A stretch of 64,000 bases of DNA. Origin: Bacteroidota bacterium (GTDB lineage: Bacteria > Bacteroidota > Bacteroidia > Bacteroidales > JAAUTT01). The translations under genes were made by a program, and so were the position numbers. The stretch is taken from the NCBI GenBank assembly GCA_030706405.1, contig JAUZOO010000005.1, forward strand, positions 312,376 through 376,375, read 5' to 3'. The notes beneath the pieces are model-generated. The model ran no database searches and was not told the origin of the DNA. It saw only the letters and a program-made list of their open reading frames with translations. Shown in pieces: positions 46,210-57,074 of the stretch; the first letter of the stretch is position 1; each line of letters starts with the position of its first letter.

Positions 46210-46282
46210 AGCGGGAGACGGGACTCGGACCCGCGACCCTAACCTTGGCAAGGTTATGCTCTACCAACTGAGCTACTCCCGC
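46210..46282 (-). tRNA. tRNA-Gly (anticodon GCC)
   Basis: The reverse complement is GCGGGAGTAGCTCAGTTGGTAGAGCATAACCTTGCCAAGGTTAGGGTCGCGGGTCCGAGTCCCGTCTCCCGCT. The acceptor is GCGGGAG/CTCCCGC, the anticodon loop TTGCCAA and the discriminator T. The T-loop reads TCCGAGT, with C at position 55. Confidence 0.85.
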
Positions 46283-46437
46283 ATTTATCAGCGACTTTGT
46301 TTGTAACCCCGTCGTTGATTTTGGTGATGCAAAAATAGGCAAAATTTCATTACTCGCAATACCCCTCTGCACTTTTTTTAAATTTTTTTTCAATATTTCC
46401 GCACCTTCCCGAGCTTTCTTTCAGAAAATCAAAAAGA

Positions 46438-49065
46438 TCAAGCCCCAATAAATTTTTTAATTTCATTCAATTTATTGAGTGCTTCAATCGGTGTAAGGGT
46501 ATCAATTTCGATATTCTTAATTTCTTTACGGATTTGCTTAAGCACCGGATCGTCGAGCTGGAAAAAGCTAAGTTGATATCCTTCACGTTTTTGTCCTATA
46601 TCCGATGACGGGCGGGCGGGCATATCGCTCTTTTGAGAACTTTCCATCTCCTTTAATATTTCTTCAGCACGCTGTACCACACTCCTTGGCATTCCGGCCA
46701 TACGGGCCACATGGATCCCAAAACTGTGTTCACTTCCGCCACGCACCAGTTTTCGCAGAAATATCACCTTTTTATCTAGTTCTTTGATAGATACATTATA
46801 GTTTTTAATCCTGTCGAACGATTTTTCCATTTCGTTCAGCTCATGATAATGCGTTGCAAATAAAGTTTTTGCCTTCGCTCCGGCATGTTCATGAATATGC
46901 TCAACCATGGCCCATGCAATGGAAATCCCATCGTAGGTACTGGTTCCTCGGCCGATTTCGTCGAGCAAGATAAGCGAGCGGTGCGAAAGGTTATTTAAAA
47001 TACTGGCCGTTTCGAGCATTTCAACCATAAAGGTTGATTCTCCTGCCGAAATATTATCCGAGGCTCCCACGCGCGTAAATATTTTATCGACGATGCCAAT
47101 TTCTGCACTGGCAGCAGGCACAAAACAACCAATCTGCGCCAACAAAACAATTAGAGCTGTCTGGCGAAGCAAGGCCGACTTTCCTGACATATTGGGTCCG
47201 GTGATAATGATGATTTGCTGCTCCTGGCTATCCAAAAATACGTCGTTAGCAATATACGCTTCGTCTACCGAAAGTTGGGTTTCGATAACCGGGTGACGCC
47301 CCTGCTTGATGTCGAGTACATCACTATCCATAACTACGGGCCGTACATATTTGTTATCGAGTGCAACCCGGGCAAACGACTGAAGACAATCGAGCCGCGC
47401 CACCAGCATGGCATTCAATTGAATGGCCTGAATATAGTCGGCAATTCCGGTAATCAAATCGTTAAACAACCTGACTTCTAATTCCAGAATTTTTTCTTCG
47501 GCACCCAGAATTTTACTTTCATACTCTTTCAGCTCTTCGGTAATATAGCGTTCGGCATTCACCAAAGTTTGCTTGCGTATCCAGTCGGCAGGAACTTTAT
47601 CTTTATGCGTATTCCTCACTTCAATATAATAGCCAAATACATTGTTAAAGCTCACTTTTAACGAAGGAATGCCCGTGCGTTCGCTTTCGCGCTGCTGAAC
47701 CATATTCAGGTAATCTTTCCCGGAAGTCTGAATATTTCGCAAATCGTCCAGTTCAGAATTGACTCCTGGGGCTATTACATTGCCGCGTTGCACCTGGGTT
47801 GGAGCATCCTCACTAATTTCGCGTTCAATACGTTCGCGAATAGCATTGCAAGGATTTAACTGATCGGCAATCTGTTGCAAAGACGTCTCCCCCGAGTTTT
47901 CGCAAACTCTTTTAATTGGAGCAATCGCGTTTAAGGCATGCTTTAACTGACTGACTTCACGCGGATTTATGCGGTTCATTGCTACTTTGGAAATGATGCG
48001 TTCCAAATCTCCCACCTGACGAATTGCAGCGACTAACTCTTCGTGAGCTTCGTCGTTTTCATAGAAAAAATGAACACCATTAAGTCGTTCATTGATGCGT
48101 TTTTCTTCCTTTAAGGGCATTACAATCCAACGTTTCAACAGCCGGGCTCCCATGGGCGAAACCGTTTTGTCGATAACCCCAGTCAATGTTTTTGCACCAT
48201 CGTGCATGGAACCAATTAATTCGAGGTTACGAATGGTAAAACGGTCGAGCCAAACGTACCGCTCCTCCTCTATCCGCGACAGCCGGGTGATATGCTTAAT
48301 ATCGTCGTGCCGGGTAATGTCGAGGTACTGAAGAATTGCCCCCGATGCAATCACCCCATCGTGCAGATTGTCAACGCCAAACCCCTTCAATGTAGGAGTT
48401 TCAAATTGTTTGGAGAGCCGTTCTTTAGCCGACTCTTCGGTAAAAGCCCAATCATCAAGCAGGGAAAGATATAGTTTAGAGCCAAACTGCTCCTTAAAAA
48501 TATTCTGTTTGCTCCGCTCTACCAGAATTTCCTTGGGAGAGAAGCTATTTAATAACTTATCGATGTATTCGAAATTTCCTTCGGCTGTGAGAAATTCCCC
48601 GGTAGAAATGTCAAGAAATGCAATGCCCGCTGCCGACTTATTGAGGTGGACACAAGCCAAAAAGTTATTTTCTTTCTTCTCAAGCACATTCTCGTTAAGC
48701 GTAACCCCGGGCGTAACAAGCTCAGTAATGCCCCGTTTTACAATTTTCTTGGTAAGCTTTGGATCTTCAAGCTGTTCGCAGATAGCTACGCGCTGCCCGG
48801 CCCGTACCAATTTAGGAAGATATGTATCCAGCGAATGATACGGAAATCCGGCAAGTTCCACAAACTGGGCTGAACCATTGGCTCGACGGGTAAGGGTTAT
48901 GCCTAAAATTTCTGACGCTTTTACAGCATCGCTTCCAAAGGTTTCATAAAAGTCGCCCACACGAAACAGCAAAATGGCATCGGGATGTTGCCGTTTGATG
49001 CTGTAATACTGCTTCATTAATGGCGTTTCAACATATTTTTCACTACCGTCAGAAACCTCTGTCAT
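46438..49065 (-). CDS. mutS: DNA mismatch repair protein MutS
   Basis: 875-aa ORF. The N-terminal mismatch-binding region is [31 protein letters not shown]. Walker A is [13 protein letters not shown] and Walker B is [14 protein letters not shown]. Confidence 0.95.
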   Translation of the reverse strand: MTEVSDGSEKYVETPLMKQYYSIKRQHPDAILLFRVGDFYETFGSDAVKASEILGITLTRRANGSAQFVELAGFPYHSLDTYLPKLVRAGQRVAICEQLEDPKLTKKIVKRGITELVTPGVTLNENVLEKKENNFLACVHLNKSAAGIAFLDISTGEFLTAEGNFEYIDKLLNSFSPKEILVERSKQNIFKEQFGSKLYLSLLDDWAFTEESAKERLSKQFETPTLKGFGVDNLHDGVIASGAILQYLDITRHDDIKHITRLSRIEEERYVWLDRFTIRNLELIGSMHDGAKTLTGVIDKTVSPMGARLLKRWIVMPLKEEKRINERLNGVHFFYENDEAHEELVAAIRQVGDLERIISKVAMNRINPREVSQLKHALNAIAPIKRVCENSGETSLQQIADQLNPCNAIRERIEREISEDAPTQVQRGNVIAPGVNSELDDLRNIQTSGKDYLNMVQQRESERTGIPSLKVSFNNVFGYYIEVRNTHKDKVPADWIRKQTLVNAERYITEELKEYESKILGAEEKILELEVRLFNDLITGIADYIQAIQLNAMLVARLDCLQSFARVALDNKYVRPVVMDSDVLDIKQGRHPVIETQLSVDEAYIANDVFLDSQEQQIIIITGPNMSGKSALLRQTALIVLLAQIGCFVPAASAEIGIVDKIFTRVGASDNISAGESTFMVEMLETASILNNLSHRSLILLDEIGRGTSTYDGISIAWAMVEHIHEHAGAKAKTLFATHYHELNEMEKSFDRIKNYNVSIKELDKKVIFLRKLVRGGSEHSFGIHVARMAGMPRSVVQRAEEILKEMESSQKSDMPARPSSDIGQKREGYQLSFFQLDDPVLKQIRKEIKNIEIDTLTPIEALNKLNEIKKFIGA

Positions 49066-49298
49066 GTTCTATTTATTAATTTTATGATCCGTTCAAAAAT
49101 AGCCGATTAATAATTATGAAAAAATTTAAGTTATCAACTACCTTTCAACAGGGCTAACGATCTATCTTTTTACACGTTGTTACCTCTTTGTGACAAATTA
49201 TTACAATTTCAATTGCAGCCATTTAAGGTATTTTCAGTTTCTTTACATCAGAGAATAATTAAAGGCATTATTACTTAAGATTAAGATACGATATATAA

Positions 49299-49338
49299 GA
49301 AAGCCCCGTTCCGCAAAGGATATGGGGCTTTCTTTTTT
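49299..49338 (-). terminator. hairpin terminator between the methyltransferase gene and the mutS upstream region
   Basis: GAAAGCCCC (49299-49307) pairs with GGGGCTTTC (49324-49332). It is flanked by a T-run on the plus side and TTATATAT on the minus side, so orientation is ambiguous. Confidence 0.5.
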
Positions 49339-49347
49339 CTTACCTTT

Positions 49348-50058
49348 TTAAAAAAACAGATAAAATTCGCTGGTGAGTTTTTTATAATCTTCGGAATACT
49401 CTCCCTCTCCGTCCCGGATAAGCAGTTCACTTTCCATATTTTTTTGCCGGGTACGGGAAAATGTCATCAAAACACGGTTAGCTTTTTTGTGAGGAGCCGG
49501 AATAATATTGACCTTTTGCACGCAATAAAGTCCGTGCATGACAGCATCTACAATAAACAATTGCGACTCTACATAGGGTAGGATAACGCAAAAGCGGCCA
49601 TCAAGGGATAATATCTTAACCACTCCGACTAACAGCTTAGAAGGCAGTAGCCCATCATTGTGCCGGGCCATGGAACGCTCTTTTAAGGGAGCTTTTAATG
49701 AATTATTAAAATAAGGCGGATTAGACACAATCAAGTCATATTTCTCCGTTTGAATTTCGGAAAAATCCCAAAAATCGGCATGAAGCACATTTATCCTTTT
49801 TCTCCATGGACTACAAATCACATTCTCCTGAGCCTGCTCAAACGCATTAACTTCAATTTCAACAGCATCAATTGAGGCTTGCGAACGTTGAGCGAGCATT
49901 AATGCTATCAGCCCTGTGCCAGTTCCAATATCAAGAATTCTTTTTACACCCGAAACATCGGCCCATGCCCCAAGCAATACCCCGTCGGTGCCGACCTTCA
50001 TGGCGCACTTATCCTGATGAACTGTAAATTGTTTAAATTTGAAATAATGATTTGACAA
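49348..50058 (-). CDS. tRNA (adenine-N6)-methyltransferase, TrmN6/YfiC-like
   Basis: 236-aa ORF. FKFKQFTVHQDKCAMKVGTDGVLLGAW, the SAM motif ILDIGTGTGLIALMLAQ and the catalytic SNPPYF are all present. Confidence 0.8.
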   Translation of the reverse strand: MSNHYFKFKQFTVHQDKCAMKVGTDGVLLGAWADVSGVKRILDIGTGTGLIALMLAQRSQASIDAVEIEVNAFEQAQENVICSPWRKRINVLHADFWDFSEIQTEKYDLIVSNPPYFNNSLKAPLKERSMARHNDGLLPSKLLVGVVKILSLDGRFCVILPYVESQLFIVDAVMHGLYCVQKVNIIPAPHKKANRVLMTFSRTRQKNMESELLIRDGEGEYSEDYKKLTSEFYLFF

Positions 50059-50117
50059 GGCTTATGTACGTTGAATTTAAGAGCAAATTTAACTTTTTGC
50101 AGCCACTGAAGTCAGGC

Positions 50118-50888
50118 CTATTTAAACTTTTCGAATACGCCCAAACCAAACAAGGCATAATCATATTTAACAGGATCGGACGGATCATAATTGCGAAGAT
50201 TAGCCGTAACCTCCGACACAGCTCGCCAATCATTCTGTTTACGTGTTAAAAGTCCTAATTTTCGGGCAACGTTGCCGGAATGAAGGTCAAGTGGCAGGTA
50301 TAATGCCGATGCCGGAATTTTAGTCCACAGCCCGAAATCTACTCCCCTGCCATCGTTACGAACCATCCAGCGCAGAAACATGTTAAGCCGTTTGGCCGAA
50401 GCTCCCTTGTTAACATCCGAAACATGCTTGCGTGTACGGAGAAGTCCTTCTGTTTCAAAAAACACGTTTCGAAAATCAACCAAGACGTTAAACATCTCAC
50501 CATGTTGCATGTAAGATGATTCAAATACCGTCTTCAGCCCTCCGTGATTTTGATAAATATTTCGAAGTGAATGAATAAAATACAAGCAATCTACACTTTG
50601 AAAGGTACGATGAACAAAGCCTTCAAGTCGGCTTAAGTGTTCATCCCCAGCATCCAGTACAAAATCATAAGGATTATTACCCATCAAACGCATAAGTTTT
50701 TGGGCGTTATCGATGATCGCCTTACGTTGCCCCCAGGCAATGGTAGCACTCAAAAAAGCGGAGATTTCAATATCTTCCTGAAGGCTATATTGATGTGGAA
50801 TTTGAACCGGATCGGAAGTAATAAATTCCGATCGGTTATACTGATTATATTTCAGCTCTAAAAAATCCTTAAGATCTATGTTTTGCAA
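50118..50888 (-). CDS. TIGR02757/DUF2400-like protein (HhH-like motif)
   Basis: 256-aa ORF. LPLDLHSGNVARKLGLL resembles the helix-hairpin-helix segment of this family. The family name is recalled and not verified. Confidence 0.45.
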   Translation of the reverse strand: MQNIDLKDFLELKYNQYNRSEFITSDPVQIPHQYSLQEDIEISAFLSATIAWGQRKAIIDNAQKLMRLMGNNPYDFVLDAGDEHLSRLEGFVHRTFQSVDCLYFIHSLRNIYQNHGGLKTVFESSYMQHGEMFNVLVDFRNVFFETEGLLRTRKHVSDVNKGASAKRLNMFLRWMVRNDGRGVDFGLWTKIPASALYLPLDLHSGNVARKLGLLTRKQNDWRAVSEVTANLRNYDPSDPVKYDYALFGLGVFEKFK

Positions 50889-50917
50889 ATACTTCTGTTG
50901 ATATGGAAAATAGCAAA

Positions 50918-51577
50918 TTACAATAAAACTTTCCCGTCATTCATACGGATCATGCGGTCGCTCATTTCAGCAAGTCCCATATCATGAGTCACCACCACGA
51001 AGGTTTGTTTATACTTATCGCGTAAGGTAAAAAACAGATTATGCAAATCCTGTTTGTTTTTAGTATCCAAATTTCCCGAAGGTTCATCAGCAAATACAAC
51101 AAAAGGATCATTAATTAAGGCACGAGCAACAGCCACCCGTTGTTGTTCACCTCCAGAAAGCTGGTCGGGCTTATGCTCAAACCGATGTTCCAAGCCAAGG
51201 AAAGCTAACAATTCGCGAGCCTTAGCTTCTGCCTTTTTGCGCGATTGTTTATTAATCAATGCCGGGATACATACATTTTCCAAGGCGGTAAATTCGGGCA
51301 ACAAATGATGAAATTGAAAGACAAAACCAATGTTTTTATTGCGAAAACGAGCCAGTTCCTTATCTTTCAAGCTACTCATATCAACACCATTAATCCACAC
51401 CTGGCCGGAATCTGGTCTGCTTAACGTGCCCAATATTTGGAGAAACGTAGTCTTTCCTGCCCCGCTGGCGCCGACCAAAGATACAATCTGCCCTTCGGGT
51501 ATTTCAATATCAACGCCTTTAAGCACCTGCAAAGGCCCAAAAGACTTGGTAATATTTTCTGCTTTAACCATCATCAT
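50918..51577 (-). CDS. ABC transporter ATP-binding protein (LolD/MacB-ATPase-like)
   Basis: Walker A is GASGAGKTT, the signature is [15 protein letters not shown] and Walker B is [12 protein letters not shown] placed the start at the MMMVKAEN cluster (51577) rather than 51619, which removes the overlap with the tatA stop at 51588. Confidence 0.85.
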   Translation of the reverse strand: MMMVKAENITKSFGPLQVLKGVDIEIPEGQIVSLVGASGAGKTTFLQILGTLSRPDSGQVWINGVDMSSLKDKELARFRNKNIGFVFQFHHLLPEFTALENVCIPALINKQSRKKAEAKARELLAFLGLEHRFEHKPDQLSGGEQQRVAVARALINDPFVVFADEPSGNLDTKNKQDLHNLFFTLRDKYKQTFVVVTHDMGLAEMSDRMIRMNDGKVLL

Positions 51578-51587
51578 TCTCTTAAAA

Positions 51588-51959
51588 TTATCTGGGTTTA
51601 ACAGTGTTGTCAGGGGCATCTTTAGAAGGCTGCGGCGGCTCTTTTAAGTCCCGGACTTCCTTATAGATATCAAAAGAAGCTTCATCGGTAGTTACGGTAT
51701 CCGACACATTCGTTTGAACCTGCTGAACCTCATCTTTTACGTCCGAAGCTCCGTTAATGATATTGGATTTTATATCTTCCAAATCGTTACGAATGCCACC
51801 TGTGCTATTATTTATTTCAGCTTTAATATCGTCAGCTGCCTTTTTAAATTCGCTAATGCCTTTCCCTAATCCCCGGGCAATTTCCGGAATTTTATCTGCT
51901 CCGAAAAAAATCAGGACAAACAACATTATTAAAAATATCTCCCCACCACCTATTCCCAT
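51588..51959 (-). CDS. tatA: twin-arginine translocase TatA/TatE-family subunit
   Basis: [41 protein letters not shown] is the canonical TatA TM plus amphipathic-helix signature. Confidence 0.85.
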   Translation of the reverse strand: MGIGGGEIFLIMLFVLIFFGADKIPEIARGLGKGISEFKKAADDIKAEINNSTGGIRNDLEDIKSNIINGASDVKDEVQQVQTNVSDTVTTDEASFDIYKEVRDLKEPPQPSKDAPDNTVKPR

Positions 51960-52128
51960 GGCTAAAATTTTTAAGGTACAAACCTACATGTTTTTTTTTA
52001 CAAGCACATCGACAGACAAAAGAATTTAAACAACAACTGTGCCTCAAAATAAATAAAGCCAATAAACCTTATTGGCTTATTGGCTTTATTAAATCTCTTA
52101 TATATTGCAGGGTTTGCCTGCGTTCATG

Positions 52129-55100
52129 TTATTTAACCTCTTTTTTCTTGCTTGTTAAACGAATAATATCGTAAGCCACCGGAGTTGCATTGAATACTGA
52201 AGAATAAGTACCAACAACCACCCCAACAAGAAGTGCAAAGATAAATCCACGAAGCATTTCACCGCCGAATATGAAAATCACCACAAGTACTACAACAGTA
52301 ATACCCGAAGTATTGATGGTACGACCCAAAGTACTGTTAATAGCTGAATTGATATTCACATCAAGTGTACGGTTAGGATACAGCTTGTTGTATTCACGGA
52401 TACGGTCGTAGATAATAACGGTATCCATAATCGAGTATCCAATAATGGTAAGCAAGGCAGCGATAAACGTCTGGTCAATTTCAAGACTAAAGGGCAATAC
52501 ACCATAGAACAACGAGAACATGGTAATAACCACCAGCGTATCGTGGGTCAGAGAAACCACACCTCCCAAACCGTATTTCCAGTTTTTAAACCGAACAGCT
52601 ATATAAAGGAAGATGATGACAAGACCGAGGAATACAGCCATAAAAGCTTTATAAATCAACTCATTAGACATAACCGGGTCAACTCGTTGAGAACTCAATT
52701 CTCCGAGCGATTTCTTATTATCTCCATGATTTGCAAACACATCATAGCTAATCGGGGTTTTATAAACACCTTTCACTCCTTCATAAAGTGCATGATTTAC
52801 AACCGAGTCTGTTTGAGACGATTTGTTATCAATCAAATATTTTGTGGTAATCTTAACACGATTCTCACTACCAATAGTTTTTACTTCAGGAGCAGAGCCT
52901 AATGTTTTAGTAAGCGACATACGAATATCCTCAGTTACTACCGGATGGTCGAATGCTACAATATACGTGCGGCCTCCTTTAAAGTCGATACTTGGATCCA
53001 AGCCACGAACAAACAATGAAACAATTCCAATGAAAATAACAACTCCGGAAGCAACGTACATAATTTTGCGAAGACCAATAAAGTCAATATTCACTTTGGT
53101 CATAGCGTTAATGGTGTGTTTGTTTCCGAGGGAAATATGAATATCCTTGTCGAGCATCCATTCAAACATCAAACGGGCTATGAAGATAGACGAGAACAAC
53201 GACAACAACAGACCCACAATAAGCGAAGTTGCAAAACCCTGTACCGGGCCAGAACCAAACAAGAACAAGACAATACCTGTTAAGATTGTAGTTACGTGAC
53301 CGTCAATAATCGCCGAATATGCATGCCAGAAACCGTCTTTAACCACCATGCGGTCGCCTTTTCCGGCCCTGACTTCCTCTCGCATACGCTCGTAAATAAT
53401 CACGTTACCGTCAACCGCCATAGCAAGGGTTAATACGATACCAGCAATACCAGGAAGGGTCAATACCAAACCCATAGAGGCAAATACGCCAAACAGGAAG
53501 AATACGTTCGTAAACAATGCAACGTTAGCTACGCTACCTGCACGTCCATAATACAACCACATATAGAGCAATACACCAATAAAGGCAATCACAAACGAGA
53601 ACAATCCGGCATTGATAGACTCTTTACCGAGCGATGGTCCAACAATTGATTCCTGAAAGATACGAGCCGGAGCTGGCATCTTACCCGATTTCAACACAAT
53701 AGCCAAGTCGTTAGCTTCGTTGATAGTAAAATCTCCGGTAATAACCGAGCTTCCGTTAGGGATCTCTCCGTTAACACGCGGAGCAGAATATACACTATTG
53801 TCCATAACAATAGCGATGCACTTATTTATATTAGCTTTGGTTAAACGAGCCCAAGTTTTGGCCCCTTCACCGTTCATTTGCATCGAAACTTCGGCAACAG
53901 CCTTGCTTTGCCCAAATTCACCACGAGCATTTACAATTACGCTTCCGTCCAAAGGAGCACGTCCGTCACGGGTAGAGGCTTTAATTGCATAGAGTTCAAA
54001 CACATCTTGTTTGGCGCCTTTTACCGGTTTTACGCTCCACAAAAAGCGAACATCCCGAGGCAGTACCGAACGAACTTGTTTCAGGCTCAAATAGGTATTG
54101 ATGCGAGCGGTATCTGATACTTTTGCAAGACCAACAGCGGCACCGGGCATCAACTGGTTGTCTTGAGTAACATTAGGACGAAGCAGCGCAAATAACGGAT
54201 ATTCCTCCATCCCTTTTTGAGTTTTGGCGGCTCCCGTAGTATCTTTTTTGCTTGAATCTTTTTCGATTTGTTTTAACAGCGAGAGGTCTTTGCTTGCAGT
54301 AGTATCTTTTTTTGCTTTTTCGGCAACAGTTGCAGCGACATCTGTCTTAGTTGAATCTGAGGCAGCTTCAGCAACAGCAGGAGCTTTCTTATATTCTTTA
54401 ATACGTTTGTTAGCTTCTACTAACCCATTGTAAACCTCTGAATTATCATAGGTTTCCCAAAACTCAAGATTGGCGGTTCCCTGAAGGAGCTTACGAACAC
54501 GTTCCGGTTCGCGAACACCCGGTAATTCAACCAGAATACGACCTTTGGTTTCGAGCTGCTGAAGATTCGGCTGAACAACCCCAAATTTATCGATACGGCT
54601 GCGGAGGATATTAAACGAATTGTCAATAGCGTCGTTAGCTTCCTTACGGATTACGTTAAGAACGTCTTTATTGGAAGAGTTAAAGTTCACACGGTCTTTC
54701 AATTCTACGGTAGAAAAGATAGCTGCCAGTTTAGCATTAGGGTCAACCTTTTCGAAAGCCTGTCCAAACAGGGTTACAAAATCTGCGCGGGAATTTTTTT
54801 CCATTTCCTGCGCCAGTTTTATGGCTTTGTTGAAGGTCGGGTCTGTGCTATAATTCGAAAGGGCACGGATTACATCAACTACCGAAACGTCAAGAATAAC
54901 GTTCATACCACCTTTTAAGTCGAGACCAAGGTTAATCTGACGTTCCTTACATTCCTGATAGGTATATTTCTTTAATCCCAGGAAATTATAAACCACTTCC
55001 CCCTTCACTGAATCGAGGTAAGCGAATTCCTTATTCAAATCTCCCTTCGAAAATTCTTTAGCCTTTGTTTCAACCCGCGAGGTAAACCAGGTGAATGACA

Positions 55101-55164
55101 ACTGGTATAAACACACCAACGCCAAGGCAATAGCGAACAGCTTTACAGCTCCTTTATTTTGCAT
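52129..55164 (-). CDS. secDF: protein translocase subunit SecDF (fused)
   Basis: 1011-aa ORF. The SecD hallmark LGLDLKGGMNVILDV and two six-TM bundles (SecD and SecF halves) are present. Confidence 0.9.
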   Translation of the reverse strand: MQNKGAVKLFAIALALVCLYQLSFTWFTSRVETKAKEFSKGDLNKEFAYLDSVKGEVVYNFLGLKKYTYQECKERQINLGLDLKGGMNVILDVSVVDVIRALSNYSTDPTFNKAIKLAQEMEKNSRADFVTLFGQAFEKVDPNAKLAAIFSTVELKDRVNFNSSNKDVLNVIRKEANDAIDNSFNILRSRIDKFGVVQPNLQQLETKGRILVELPGVREPERVRKLLQGTANLEFWETYDNSEVYNGLVEANKRIKEYKKAPAVAEAASDSTKTDVAATVAEKAKKDTTASKDLSLLKQIEKDSSKKDTTGAAKTQKGMEEYPLFALLRPNVTQDNQLMPGAAVGLAKVSDTARINTYLSLKQVRSVLPRDVRFLWSVKPVKGAKQDVFELYAIKASTRDGRAPLDGSVIVNARGEFGQSKAVAEVSMQMNGEGAKTWARLTKANINKCIAIVMDNSVYSAPRVNGEIPNGSSVITGDFTINEANDLAIVLKSGKMPAPARIFQESIVGPSLGKESINAGLFSFVIAFIGVLLYMWLYYGRAGSVANVALFTNVFFLFGVFASMGLVLTLPGIAGIVLTLAMAVDGNVIIYERMREEVRAGKGDRMVVKDGFWHAYSAIIDGHVTTILTGIVLFLFGSGPVQGFATSLIVGLLLSLFSSIFIARLMFEWMLDKDIHISLGNKHTINAMTKVNIDFIGLRKIMYVASGVVIFIGIVSLFVRGLDPSIDFKGGRTYIVAFDHPVVTEDIRMSLTKTLGSAPEVKTIGSENRVKITTKYLIDNKSSQTDSVVNHALYEGVKGVYKTPISYDVFANHGDNKKSLGELSSQRVDPVMSNELIYKAFMAVFLGLVIIFLYIAVRFKNWKYGLGGVVSLTHDTLVVITMFSLFYGVLPFSLEIDQTFIAALLTIIGYSIMDTVIIYDRIREYNKLYPNRTLDVNINSAINSTLGRTINTSGITVVVLVVIFIFGGEMLRGFIFALLVGVVVGTYSSVFNATPVAYDIIRLTSKKKEVK

Positions 55165-55257
55165 TTGAAGTTATGTTTAGATAATTTTTGATATAATTTT
55201 TCAAAGTTAGAGCGCAAATATATAATAATTTTTGGTTTCGGGTGTTAGACAATCCGT

Positions 55258-55707
55258 TCATATTTTTGTTATAATGGATTTTGGCACACGTAAACTCAGG
55301 GTTTGCGAACCATAATCGAGCTTCGCTTTATATTTCAACAGAAAATCGCTACCTATAAGTCCCCAGATGGATTTGTCGGAAACCGTTCGGTACAACTCAC
55401 TGATCGAAGATAAATCAATAAAAAGGGCTTCCATCTTACGAAGCCTCAACTCTCCCATCGAGAAGTCTTCAATCTGGCCCACATGGCTCTCCAAATGTGA
55501 TGCGGAAATACCTGCCGATTGAATGTCGGGGTTTGAAACCGGAGGCTTATCAAGTACTTGCAAAAGATAGTTCAGTGCAAATACAGTTTTAGAGGCGCCG
55601 GTATCGACAATAAAATCACAGGGACAACCATTAATTCGACCCGACACAAAAACGTGAAAACTATTATTGTCGAGTTCAACAATATCGAGAGGGATTTTTA
55701 TAATCAT
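55258..55707 (-). CDS. retropepsin-like aspartic protease family protein
   Basis: 149-aa ORF with the catalytic FIVDTGASKTVF (DTGA) motif. Confidence 0.7.
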   Translation of the reverse strand: MIIKIPLDIVELDNNSFHVFVSGRINGCPCDFIVDTGASKTVFALNYLLQVLDKPPVSNPDIQSAGISASHLESHVGQIEDFSMGELRLRKMEALFIDLSSISELYRTVSDKSIWGLIGSDFLLKYKAKLDYGSQTLSLRVPKSIITKI

Positions 55708-55797
55708 GTGGTAAAATTAAAGCAATATGCCGATGGGTCAATATATCTTGTAGTTGAAATGTATCATACTTACGGAATCCGAAATATAAAAAAATAA

Positions 55798-55839
55798 AAA
55801 GTTAAAAGGCTGGACTTTACGCCTTCACCTTTTAACTTT
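55798..55839. terminator. bidirectional-type hairpin terminator downstream of mdh
   Basis: AAAGTTAAAAGG (55798-55809) pairs with CCTTTTAACTTT (55828-55839) in a 12-bp perfect stem. It is flanked by an A-run upstream and a T-run downstream. Confidence 0.7.
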
Positions 55840-55882
55840 TTTAATAATTAAATCTGCCTTTATAGCAGAATCATCGATTCAA

Positions 55883-56824
55883 TTATAACACGTTCATTTC
55901 TTTAAGAACACCATTCATGCTGCGAACAGCATCAGCACTCTTGTTGAAAGCAGCTTGTTCTTCAGCATTAAGCTTGTAATCAACGATTTTTTCCCAACCA
56001 TTTTCGCCAATTACAACAGGAACACCCATGCAAATATCCGACTGTCCGTATTCTCCATCAAGAGCTACGCAGCAAGGGAATACTTTTTTCTCGTCACGGA
56101 TGATCGCTTCAACCAAAGCTGCTCCGGCTGCTCCGGGAGCATACCATGCAGAAGTACCTAAAAATTTGGTTAAAGTAGCACCGCCAACCATAGTATCGGC
56201 AACTACTTTATTTACAGTTTCTCCATCAAGCAACGAGCTTACAGGAATACCATTATAAGTAGCAAAACGAGCCAAAGGAATCATGGTTGTATCGCCGTGA
56301 CCGCCGATAACAACACCCTGAACATCGCTGGCAGGAACATTGAGAGCCTGGCTTAAATAGCATTTAAAACGTGAGCTATCGAGAATACCACCCATACCGA
56401 TTACACGATTTTTAGGAAGACCGGTAGATTTAAGCGCAAGATAAGTCATGGTATCCATAGGGTTACTGATAATAACCAGGATAGCATTGGGAGAATATTT
56501 CAGGATGTTCTGAGCAACATCTTTTACAATACCGGCATTGATGCCGATCAGGTCTTCACGGGTCATTCCCGGTTTACGGGGAATACCAGAAGTGATAACC
56601 ACTACATCAGAATTAGCTGTTTTGCTGTAGTCGCTGGTAACACCAATAACACGGCTGTCGAAACCCAATAAAGCAGAAGTCTGCATCATATCGAGGGCTT
56701 TACCTTCCGATACTCCCTCTTTAATGTCGAGAATCACTATTTCGCTCGCCAATTCTTTTTGTGCCATTACATTAGCACAGGTTGCGCCCACATTTCCGGC
56801 ACCAATTACTGTAATCTTTTTCAT
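55883..56824 (-). CDS. mdh: malate dehydrogenase
   Basis: 313-aa ORF. The NAD-binding site MKKITVIGAGNVGATCA and the catalytic region VIGGHGDTTMIPL are present. Confidence 0.92.
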   Translation of the reverse strand: MKKITVIGAGNVGATCANVMAQKELASEIVILDIKEGVSEGKALDMMQTSALLGFDSRVIGVTSDYSKTANSDVVVITSGIPRKPGMTREDLIGINAGIVKDVAQNILKYSPNAILVIISNPMDTMTYLALKSTGLPKNRVIGMGGILDSSRFKCYLSQALNVPASDVQGVVIGGHGDTTMIPLARFATYNGIPVSSLLDGETVNKVVADTMVGGATLTKFLGTSAWYAPGAAGAALVEAIIRDEKKVFPCCVALDGEYGQSDICMGVPVVIGENGWEKIVDYKLNAEEQAAFNKSADAVRSMNGVLKEMNVL

Positions 56825-57074
56825 AATATAATATATCTTGTTAAGACGTTTTTTTAATCGAGCGCTAAATTATAAAAAATACCTACTGAAAACTACAGGT
56901 ATGTCAGTTAAATATTTGTTAATTAGTCATTTTTTAACATTGTTATTCATATAACAATCAGTAAATAAGCTCAAAACACCAATAAAAAAAGGTGATAAAA
57001 ATATGTTATAAAGCACATTTCTATCACCCTCATCCAAAAAATAAGAAAAATCGATCTGGTTTATTACATCGCTT

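Noticed and set aside
45944-46393. ORFs 45944-46129(-) and 46193-46393(-)
   Set aside because: They overlap tRNA-Leu (46060-46143), tRNA-Gly (46210-46282) and their terminators. Their translations are just tRNA sequence read as protein.
51578-51619. N-terminal extension of the ABC ATPase ORF overlapping tatA
   Set aside because: The MMMVKAEN start cluster at 51577 precedes the conserved ATPase N-terminus and removes the 32-nt overlap with tatA.
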